Origin: Mobula hypostoma
Lineage: Eukaryota
Assembly: GCF_963921235.1 (NCBI RefSeq)
Contig: NC_086097.1
Coordinates: 169,262,001 to 169,326,000 of the forward strand
DNA length: 64,000 nucleotides
Reading direction: 5' to 3'
A program made the position numbers and the translations under genes. Positions within the stretch are counted from its first letter, which is position 1, and every line of letters starts with the position of its first letter. Below the pieces are notes generated by a model that had not been told where the DNA came from, searched no databases, and saw only the letters and a list, made by a program, of their open reading frames with translations. This document shows positions 37,469-47,472 of the stretch, one piece after another.

Positions 37469-38506
37469 CTTGAGGAACTGAGTTGTAGGTGGTGATCTTA
37501 CAGAGGTGTATAAAATCACGAGGGACATAGATAGGGTGAATGCACCAGCCTTCTTGTCAGAGTTGGGGTATCAAGAAATAGAGGGGCATAGAGTTAAGGT
37601 AAGAGGGGAAAGATTTAAAAGGAACTTGTGGGGCAACTATATATTTTGCCTTAAACAGAAAGGGTAGTATCTATGTGGAATTGACTGCCACAGGAAATGG
37701 TTGAGGCAGGTACAATAACAATTTCAAAAAGACAGTTGGACTGTTGCATAGATTGTAAAGGTTTAGAGATTAGGTGCCAAATGTTAGCAAAAGGGACCAG
37801 CCTGGAGGAAACACCGTAGACAAGTTGGACCAAAAAACCCAAGTTGAGCCAAAAGTCATACATGTATGACTCTGACCATCAACAGCATGGCATGGTAGGT
37901 AAAAAAAAAGATATACTGTAAATACATTCAGGATACTGGGACTAAACAAAAGCAGAGAGAATAAGTACAAAGTACTTGTAGTGAAACTTAATAAAACACT
38001 CATTTGGCCAGAACTAGCAGAGTTTTGGTTTTAAGTGTTGACTGCTACAACAGAGAAAGAAGGTTTTAAGGAGGTTTGCAGGAGATTTACCAGAATGATT
38101 CCAAGGATGAGGGATTTGAGTTGAAAACTCAATTGGGAACTGGGCAGATATGCACTATTCTTGCAAACAGTGGTCATTGTGGCTTTCTTCAATATTAACC
38201 TGTGATTCATGAAACCTAAATATTCATAATTAGGAGATGAGACTATGGTAAAGAGAAACGAATAATTAATTCATTTCAGGCAATGACAAAATCAAACAAA
38301 CAGCAATGTTCACAACAAACAGGTGTTTAACATAGTGTCAACTACACTTAGGTGGGTTCTGCTATTAAAGATACCAAGTAAGATACAAACAAAAATTGTA
38401 GCAAAGAATGCAAAGCTTGTCATACTTCACCGGAAAAACAATAGATTGAACGAGACCAATATTGTACTCTAATTTAATGACTTGTAGCAAATATTTTCTT
38501 ACTGAC

Positions 38507-38619
38507 CCAGTTTTGGTTAATCTTTCCAACAAAGACTTCCTTGTTTTCACTGCCGTTTCTGTTCTTACTAGTTGTGGGGCTGAACTGGTTTCCTTGGAGC
38601 TCATTTTGGGTTTTGTTCC
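38507..38619 (-). CDS. CEP192: CEP192 coding exon (113 nt, linker between ASH domains)
   Basis: ttttccag|GTKPKMSSKETSSAPQLVRTETAVKTRKSLLERLTKT(G)|gtcagt; low sequence conservation but phase 0 in / phase 2 out exactly bridges the flanking exons. Confidence 0.8.
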
Positions 38620-38641
38620 CTGGAAAATAAATGCGTTTATT

Positions 38642-39741
38642 GCAAATACAAGGAATTCTGCAGATGCTGGAAATTCAAGCAACACACATCAAAGTTGCTG
38701 GTGAACGCAGCAGGCCAGGCAGCATCTATAGGAAGAGGCACAGTTGACGTTTTGGGCCGAGACCCTTCGTCAGGACTAACTGAAGGAAGAGCTAGTAAGA
38801 GATTTGAAAGTGGGAGGGGGAGGGGGGGATCCAAAATGATAGGAGAAGACAGGAGGGGGAGGGATGGAGCCAAGAGCTGGACAGGTGATTGGCAAAAAGG
38901 ATATGAGAGGATCACGGGACAGGAGGCCCAGGGAGAAGGAAAAGGTGTGGGGGGGAGAAACCCAGAGGATGGGCAAGGGGTATAGTCAGAGGGAGAAAAA
39001 GGGGGGGGGGGGGGAGAGAGAAAGAAAGAGAGAGAGAGACACACACACAGAAAATGTGTGTATATAAATAACTAACGGATGGGGTACGAGGGGGAGGTGG
39101 GGCATTAGCGGAAGTTAGAGAAGTCAATGTTCATTAGCGAGATCGTTTTGCTGAACACCTACGCTGTCCGCCAGAGAAAGCAGGATCTCCCAGTGGCCAC
39201 ACATTTTAATTCCACATCCCATTCTGATATGTCTATCCATGGCTCCCCTACTGTAAAGATGAAGCCACACTCAGGTTGGAGGAATAACACCTTATATTCT
39301 GTCTGGGTAGCCTCCAACCTGATGGCATGAACATTGATTTCTCAAACTTCCGCTAATGCCCCACCTTCCCCTTGTACCCCATCCGTTATTTATTTATATA
39401 CACACATTCTTTCTCTCTCTCCTTTTTCTCCCTCTGACTATACCCCTTGCCCATCTTCTGGGTTCCCCCCCCTCCCCCTTTTCCTTCTCCCTGGGCCTCC
39501 TGTCCCATGATCCTCTCATATCCCTTTTGCCAATCACCTGTCCAGCTCTTGGTTCCATCCCTCCCCCTCCTGTCTTCTCCTATCATTTTGGATCTCCCCC
39601 CTCCCCCTCCCACTTTCAAATCTCTTACTAGCTCTTCCTTCAGTTAGTCCTGACGAAGGGTCTCGGCCCGAAACGTCGACTGTACCTCTTCCTAGAGATG
39701 CTGCCTGGTCTGCTGCGTTCACCAGCAACTTTGATGTGTGT
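38642..39741 (+). mobile_element. Penelope-like element, 5'-truncated, with inverted pseudo-LTR
   Basis: Inverted arms 38679..39134 and 39327..39744; centre encodes GIY-YIG C-terminus (DRFAEHL...QDLPVATHFNS...LGSLQPDGMNIDFSNFR-stop 39354-39356); TSD TGCGTTTATT at 38632-38641 and 39742-39751. Confidence 0.92.
39645..39682 (+). ncRNA. Minimal type I hammerhead ribozyme motif in the Penelope pLTR
   Basis: Stem I TAGTC/GACTG; core CTGACGA (39650-39656) plus extra A; stem II GGGT-CTCG-GCCC; GAAA (39670-39673); loopless palindromic stem III ACGT; GTC cleavage triplet ending 39677. Confidence 0.8.
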
Positions 39742-39874
39742 TGCGTTTATTACACATTTCTTTGCTATTAAATGGGGAAAAATGTATCCAAAATTATATC
39801 AATATAAAAACTTGTATAAACAAAAATAATTCCTGCATCCAAACAGCTTTTCCAGGCAATTAACATTGTCTACA

Positions 39875-40695
39875 GAGACTTTAACAAGGATTTTTAGCGA
39901 AGTTTCATGAGAGGCTAGTCCAGATGGTTAAGTTGCGTGATATTCAGGATGAAATAGTCAATTGAGTTTAGCACTGGCTCCGTGGGAGAAGACAGAGTGC
40001 TAGTAGATGCTTGTCTCTCACTGGAAGTTTGTGACTAGCGGCATGCTGCAGGGATCTGGGCTGGCTATGTTATCATCTATATTAATGATTTCAATGACAA
40101 TATGACAAAATGGATCAGCAAATTTGCAGATGACATCAAGATAGAAGGGACAGTGGACAGCGAGGAAGGCTATAAAAGCTTGCAGTGGGATCTGGACCAG
40201 CTGGAAAATGGGAGATGGAATTAAATGCAGATAAGGTATTGCACTTTGGGAGGACAAACCAGGATACAACTTACATGGTGAGTGGTAGGGTACTGAGGTG
40301 TGCGAGAAAACAAGGGGATCTGGGAATACAAACTTATAATTCCTTGAAAGTGGCATCACAGGTAAATAGGGTTGTAAAGAGAGCATTTGGTACATTGGCC
40401 TTCCTGGAACATAGGGAATGAGGGGAGATTTGATAGAGGTATACAAAACGATCAGGGGTATAAATAGGGTAAATACATGCAGTTTTTTTCCCCCTTGAAG
40501 TTGGGTGAGTCTAGAACCAGAGGTCATAGATTTAAGGTGAAAGGTGAAATGTTTAGGGGGAACCTGAGGGGAAACTTCACTTCACTCAGATGGTAGTGCA
40601 AGTAGGAAACTGCCATCTGAAGTGGTGGATGCTGGCCAGCACATACTAGATGGGCTGAAGGGCCTGTTTCTGCACTGTAGTGCTCTATGACTCTT
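39875..40695 (+). mobile_element. CR1 LINE 3' portion with internal deletions
   Basis: tggatcagcaaatttgcagatgacatc (WISKFADD); atgaggggagatttgatagagg; tail tgctctatgactct. Confidence 0.8.
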
Positions 40696-40859
40696 TGTCC
40701 TTAAATTAAACACTCATAAATGTCACCCAACAGCCTCCTACATTACAGTGAAAATAAACATCAGCCTATCCAATCTCTCCTCATAACTTCAATCCTTCAT
40801 TCCAGATATTAGCCTGGTGAATCACTTCCACATTCTCTCAGTTGTTTACCAAATCCTTC

Positions 40860-43034
40860 CAGTGCATGTGGGTACCAATGGCATGGGTAGGACGAGTGAC
40901 AAGGTTCTGCAAAATGAGTTCAGGGAGTTAGGCACTAAGATGAGAGCAGGACTTCCAGGGTTGTGATCTCAGGATTGCTACCTGTGACACTTGCTGGTGA
41001 GGCCAGAACGTGGAAGATTATACAGTTTAATATCTGGCTAAGGAGTTGGTGTAGGAGAGAGAGCATAAGATTTTTGGATCATCGACTCTCTTCCAAAGAA
41101 GGTGGAACCTGTACAGAAGGGACAGTTTGCACCTGAACTGGAGGGGGACTAATATCCTAGTAGGAAGGCTTGTTAGTGCTGCACAGTGCCCTGAACTGCG
41201 ATATTTTTCAATGCAATTAGTATTGTAGGAAAGGTGGATGAGCTCAGGGCATGGATCAAGATCTGGAATTATGACATTGTAGCCACTGGTGAGATTTAGT
41301 TGCAGGTATGGCAGCTCAATATTCCGTGGTTCCATTGTTTTAGATGGGAGGGATTAAAGGGATTTAATCTGTACAAAGAAGTCCCAATGGGAGAGAATGC
41401 AATACTGGGAATACAATTGGGAATGAGACAGGGCAGGTGACAGAAGATTTGTAGGAGAACACTCTAGATCCAGTGACCACAATACCACTAGTTTCAAAGT
41501 AATTATGCAAAGAGATTGGTCTGGTCCGTAGGTTGAGATTCTAAATTGGGGAAGGCTAATTTTGATTGTATCAGAAGTGATCTGCCAGGTGTGGATTGGG
41601 ACAGGCTGTTTTCCGGCAAAGATGTACTTGGAATGTGAGAGACCTTCAAAAACAAAATTTTGAGAGTACAAAGCTTGTATGTGCCTGTCAGAATAAAGAG
41701 TAAAGATAACAAGTGTAGGGAACTTTGGTTTTCAAGAGATGTTGAGGCCCTGGTTAAGGGAGAAAGTAACAGGTATAGGCAAGTAGGAACATATGCCGTG
41801 TTCATGGAGTACAAGAAATGCAAGAGGAAATTATAGGCCGGCCAGTCTGACATTAATTGTGGGAAAGTTATTCTAAGGGACCAGATATATAAATATTTGG
41901 ATAGACATGTACTGATTAAGGATAGTCAGTATGACTTTGTGTATGGTAGGTCATGTCTAACCAATCTTGTAGAGTTTTTCGAGGAAAGTGATGAAGGCAA
42001 GGCAAGGCAGTGTATGTTGTCTACATGGACTTTAGTAAGGCATTTGACAAGGTCCCGCATAGGAGGCTGGTCAAGAAGGTTTAGTCCCTTGGCATTCAGA
42101 ATGAGGTAGTAAACTGGATTAGATATTGACTTTGTGGGAGAAGCCAGAGAGTGGTAGTAGAGCGTTGCCTCTCTGACTGGAGGTCTGTGACTAGTTGTGT
42201 GCCGCAAGAATTGGTGCAGGGTCCTTTCTTGTTTGTCACCGAAATCAATGATCTGGTTGATAATGTGGTTAACTGGATCAGCAGATCTGTGGATGACACT
42301 AAGAGGGGGGTATAGTGGACAGAGAGAAAGGCTATCATTGCTTGCAGGGGGATTTGCAGCAACTGGAAAAATGGCAGATGGAATTTAATGCAGACAAGTG
42401 CAAGGTTCTGCACTTAGGTAGGACCAACTAGGGTGAACAGTAAGGCACTGAGGAGTGTGGTAGAACAAAGTGATCTGGGATTACAGGTACATAATTCATT
42501 GAAAGTGGTGTCACAGGTAGATAGGGTTATTAAGAAAGCTTTTGGCACATTGGCCTTTTGTAAATTAATGCATTGAGTACAAAAGATGGGATGTCATGTT
42601 GAAGTTGTATAAGACGTTGGTGAGGTCTATTTCGGAGTACTGTATGCAGGTTTGGTCACCTACCTACATGAAAAATGGAAACAAGGTTGAAAGAGAAAAT
42701 TTACAAGCATATTACCTGGTCTGGAGGACCCGAGTTATAAGAAAAGATTGAACAGGTTAGGACTGTATTCTTTAGAACATAGAAAATTGAGAGGAGATTT
42801 GATAGAGGTATACAAAATTATGAGGGGTCTAGATAGGGTAAATGCAAGCAAGCTTTTTCCACTAAGTTGGGTGGGACTACAGCCAGAGGTCATGGCTTAA
42901 GGGTGAAAGGTGAGAAGTTTAAGGGGGACGTGCAGGGGAAACATCTTCATTCAGAGGGTCATGAGAGTGTGAAATGTACTGCCAGCACAAGTGGTCCATG
43001 TGATTTCGATTTCAGCACTTAAGAGAAGTTTGGA
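40860..43034 (+). mobile_element. CR1 LINE, deleted and decayed (ORF1 end to 3' ORF2)
   Basis: HVGTN-like gtgcatgtgggtaccaatg; GRSCLTNLVEFFEE; truncated at the TA of the Tc1 insertion. Confidence 0.85.
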
Positions 43035-43036
43035 TA

Positions 43037-43416
43037 CAGTTGAAGTCAGAAGTTTACATACACCTTAGCCAAATACACTTAAACACAGTTTTTCACAATT
43101 CCTGACATTTAATCCTAGAAAACATTCCCTGTCTTAGGTCAGTTAGGATCACTATTTTATTTTAAGAATGTGAAATGTCATAATAATAGTAGCGAGAATG
43201 ATTTATTTCAGCTTTTACTTCTTTCATCACTTTCCCAGTGGGTCAAAAGTTTACATACATTTTATTAATATTTGGTAGCATTGCCTTTAAATTGTTTAAC
43301 TTGGGTCAAACGTTTTGGGTTGCCTTCCGCAAGCTTCTCACAGTAAGTTGCTGGAATTTTGTTCCATTCCTCCAGACAGAACCGGTAACTGAGTCAGGTT
43401 TGTAGGCCTCCTTGCT
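43037..43416 (-). mobile_element. Tc1/mariner fragment: Sleeping Beauty-like right IR/DR plus transposase C-terminus
   Basis: TA|CAGTTGAAGTCAGAAGTTTACATACACCTTAGCC outer DR; inner DR CAGTGGGTCAAAAGTTTACATACA at ~43236-43259; minus strand ARRPTNLTQL-(frameshift)-RFCLEEWNKIPATYCEKLAEGNPKRLTQVKQFKGNATKY-stop (43265-43267). Confidence 0.92.
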
Positions 43417-45037
43417 ACAATAGCAGCAGGAAGGGAAATAGGCATCCAATGCAAAGTACCTGTGTGGCCATTCCCCTCAATAATAAATATACCTTTTTGG
43501 ATACTGTGGAGGGCGACGATCTTCCAGGGGTGGGGGGAACCACACTAACCAGGTCTCTGGCGCTGTGGCACAGAAGGGAAAGGGGCGAAGAGGACTGCAG
43601 AAGTGAGAGAGGAATAGACACGAGATCATGAGATTCTGTGGACTCGATAGAGAGACCCGGATGGTATGTTGCCTCCCAAGTGCCAGGGTCAGGGTCATTT
43701 TGGATTGGCTTCATGACATTCTAAAGGGGGAGGGTGTGTAGCCAGAAGTCTCGATATATATTGGCGCCAATGACATAGGCAGGTAAGGTCCTCAAGAAAG
43801 AATTTAGTGAGACAGGTAGAAAGCTGAGAAGCAGGATATCCAGTGCCTGTGCCACATGCCAGAGAGGGTAAGAATAGGATGATCTGGCAGATTCATGTGT
43901 GGCTGAGAAGCTGGTGTGGGGTTTAAGACTTCTGGATCATTGAGATCTCTTCTGGGGATGGTACAACTTGTACAAAAAGGGTGGGTTACACCTGAACCCA
44001 AGGGAGACCAATATCCTTACAGGCAAATTTGTGAAAACTATTGTGGAGGGTTTCAACTAATTTGGCAATGGGATAGGAACCAGACTAATAGAGGAAGAGA
44101 TAGGGCTGTTAGTTTACAAGTAGAGATAATGTGTCGTGAGACTGGCAGAAAGCAGTCAGATGGTAAGGCAATATTGCAGTCGTGGAATGAGTTTCAGTGT
44201 AGAAGGGAGACAAAATCGAAAAAGGTATTGGATACAGGATTAAAGGTTTTTTGTTTGAATGCACACAGTATACGGAATAAAGATGATGATCTTGTAGCGC
44301 AGTTTGAGATTGGCAGATATGACATTGTGGGCATCACTGAATCATGGCTGAAAGCTGGGAGCTTAACCTCCAAGGATACACGTTGTATCAAAGGGACAGG
44401 CGAGTTAGCAGAGGGGATGTGTGGTTCTGTTGGTAAAAAAAAATCCCTAGAAAGAGGTGACATGAGATTGGAAGTTGTAGAATCCTTATGGGTAGAGTTA
44501 AGAAGTGAAACAATAAAAATACCCTGATAGGAGTTATATAAAGGCCTCTGACCAGTAGCCAGAATTACAGCGGGAGATAGAAAAGGTTTGTCAAAAGGGC
44601 AATGTTACGATAGGCATGGGGATTTCAATATGCTGGTAGACTGGAAAATCAGGTTGGTACTGAAACCCAAGAGAGAGAATTTGTAGAATGCCTACAAGAT
44701 AGCTTTCCAGAGCAGCTTGTAGTTGAGTCCTTTAGGGGATCAACTATTCTGGATTAGGTGTTGTGTAATGAACCAGATTTGATTAGGGAGCTTAAGGTGA
44801 CGGAACCCTTAGGAGCCAGTGATCATATGATAGAATGCACCCTGTAGTTTGAGAGGAGTCAGATGTATCGGTACTACAATGGATAAACCGAATTACAGAG
44901 GTATGAGAGAGGAGCTGGCCAAGGTTGACTAGAAGGGGATACTAGCCTGGATGACAGCAGAGCGGCCATGGCTGTAGTTTTTGGGAGCAATTTGGAAGAC
45001 GCAGGATAGATACATCCCACAGAGTAAGTGTTCTAAA

Positions 45038-45180
45038 CACAAACAAGAGAAAATCTGGAGATGCTGGAAATCTAAGCAACACACACAAGATGAAGAGTCT
45101 CAGCTCGAAACATCAACTGTACACTATTCTACAGATGGTGCCTTGCCTGCTGCGTTCCTCCAGCATTGTAGGTGTATTGC
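45038..45180. mobile_element. Miniature Penelope-derived insertion (143 bp) with short inverted 5' arm
   Basis: 13-bp TSD TAAGTGTTCTAAA (45025-45037) / TAAGTATTCTAAA (45181-45193); degenerate hammerhead gatgaagagtctcagctcgaaacatc. Confidence 0.8.
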
Positions 45181-46535
45181 TAAGTATTCTAAAGGCAGGA
45201 TGATGCAATCATGGCTGATAAGGGAAGTCAAAGCCAACATAAAAACAAAAGAAAGGGCATATAATAGAGCAAAAATTACTTGGAAGTTAGAGGATTGGGA
45301 AAAGTAAAAACCAACGGAAGCCAACTAAAAAAGCCATGGGGGGGAAACGGGGAGAGATGAAATATAAAGAGTTAAAGAGAGGTGACAGAAGACATTGGAT
45401 CGATGAAACTTGGCACAGGAGAGGTGGTAATGGGGGACAAAGAAATACAGATGAACTGAATAAGTATTTTGCATCAGTATTCACTGTGAAAGACACTAGT
45501 AGTATGCTGGCGTGCCAGGGTGTAGAAATCAGTGTAGTTACTATTACTAGGGAGAAGGTGCTTTGGAAGCTGAATGGTCTGAGGGTAGATAAGTCACCTG
45601 AACCTGATGGAGTACACCCCAAGGTTCTGAAGGGATTGTGCAGGCATTAGTAATGATCTTTCAAGAACCACTTGATCCTAGAATGGCTCTGGAAGAATAG
45701 AAAATTGCAGATGCCACTCTACTCGTCATGGAGGGAGGAAGTCAGAAGAAAGGAAAATATATGCCAGTCAGCCTGACCTCAGTGGTTGGAAAGATGTTGC
45801 AGTCAATTAAGGATGTATTTTCAGGGTATTTGGAGACACATGATAAAATAGGCCAAAGTCAGCATGGTTTCCTTAAGGGAAAATGTTGCCCGACAAATCT
45901 GTTGGAATTCTTTGAGGAAATAACAAGCAGGACAGACAAAGGAGAATCATCGATGTTGTATACTTGGATTTTCAGAAGGCCTTTGACACGATGGCACATG
46001 TTAGGCTGCTTAACAAGAGCCCATAGTATTATAGAAAAGATACTAGCACAGATAAGAGTATTGGTTGACTGGCAGGAGGCAAAAGGTGAGAGTAAAGGGA
46101 ACCTTTTTTAATTGGCTGCCTCTGACTAAAGGTCTTCCAGAGGGTCAGTGTTAGGACTGCTTTTTTTTAACGTTACATGTCAATGATTTGGATGATGGAA
46201 TTGATGGATTTGTGGCCATGTTCGCAGACAATAGGAAGATAGGTGGAGGGGTAAGAGATGTCGAAGCAAGTAGCTGAAGAAGTGAGCGGAAGAATTTGGG
46301 TGGAAAAAGTTGTTTCTTTTTAAAAACTGCTTGGGGAGAAGGGTCTGCACTGCGCAGGCGCGTGATGTAGCGCGCCAAGGTTTAAAAAGCAGACCACCAT
46401 ATACAGCGGCCATCATCGGAGTGGACTGAGTCAGAGTGGGGCGGCTTTGACTCAAACAGGCTTAGGCGAGAACAGGCAGACGCCAGGGTAGGTTCTGGTA
46501 AGTTTTTTTTGTTCAGATTGTCCTGTGTAGAGAGA

Positions 46536-47470
46536 ATGCCAGGCAGGATGTTGGAATGCTCCTCTTGCAGGAGGTGGGAAGTCAGGGAGCCCTCCGGTGT
46601 CCCCGACAACGCACCTGCAAGAAGTGCATCCAGCTGCAGCTCCTGACAAACCGCGTTAGGGAACTGGAGCAGGAGCTGGATGACCTGCGGATCATTCGGG
46701 AGAATGAGGAGATTATAGATAGTAGCTACAGGGAGGTAGTTACGCCAAAGGAGCAGAGGACAGGAAATTGGGTCACTGTCAGGCGAGGGAAGGGGAAAGG
46801 GCAGGCAGAGCAGGGTTCCCCTGTGGCCATTCCCCTCAACAACAAGCATACTGCATTGGATACTGTTGGGGGGGATGACTTACCTGGGACTAGCTGCAGT
46901 AGCCGGATCTCTGGCACTGGGTCTGGCTCTGCAGTGCAGAAGGGAGGGGGGAAAAAGAGGAGAGCAGTAGTGATAGGGGATTCGATAGTTAGAGGTGCAG
47001 ATAGGAGGTTCTGTGGTTGTGACAGAGAATCCAGGATGGTTTGTTGCCTCCCAGGTGCCAGGGTCAAGGATGTCTCTGATTGATTGCATGACATTCTGAA
47101 GTGGGAGGGTGATAAGCCAGATGTCGTGGTGCACGTCGGTACCAATGACATAGCAAGGAAGAGTGAGGAGGTCCTGGAGAGTGAGTATAGAGAGCTTGGT
47201 AGGAAGTTGAAAAGCAGGACCTCGAGGGTGGTAATCTCAGGATTGCTACCTGTGCTACATGCCAGTGAGGGTAGGAATAGGATGCTCTGGAGGATGAACA
47301 AGTGGCTGAGGAACTGGTGTAGGGAGCAGGGTTTCAGATTTCAGGATAATTGGGACCTCTTCTGGGGCAGGTGGGACCTGTACAAGAGAGACGGGTTACA
47401 CTTGAACTACAGGGGGACCAATATCCTTTCAGGGAGGTTTGTTAATGCTATTGGGGGGGCTTTAAACTAG
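46536..47470 (+). pseudogene. CR1 ORF1 (zinc finger/leucine zipper plus SGNH esterase), disrupted
   Basis: MPGRMLECSSC...(frameshift)...TCKKCIQLQLL...VIGDSIVRG...stop 47081-47083...VHVGTND...DGLHLN. Confidence 0.88.
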
Positions 47471-47472
47471 AT

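Noticed and set aside
38365..38685. 106-aa minus-strand ORF as a standalone gene
   Set aside because: Chimeric read-through of Penelope terminus, the 113-nt CEP192 exon and intron sequence
38637..39728. Several Pro/Gly-rich ORFs on both strands
   Set aside because: Translations of the low-complexity purine/pyrimidine-skewed pLTR, duplicated by the inverted repeat
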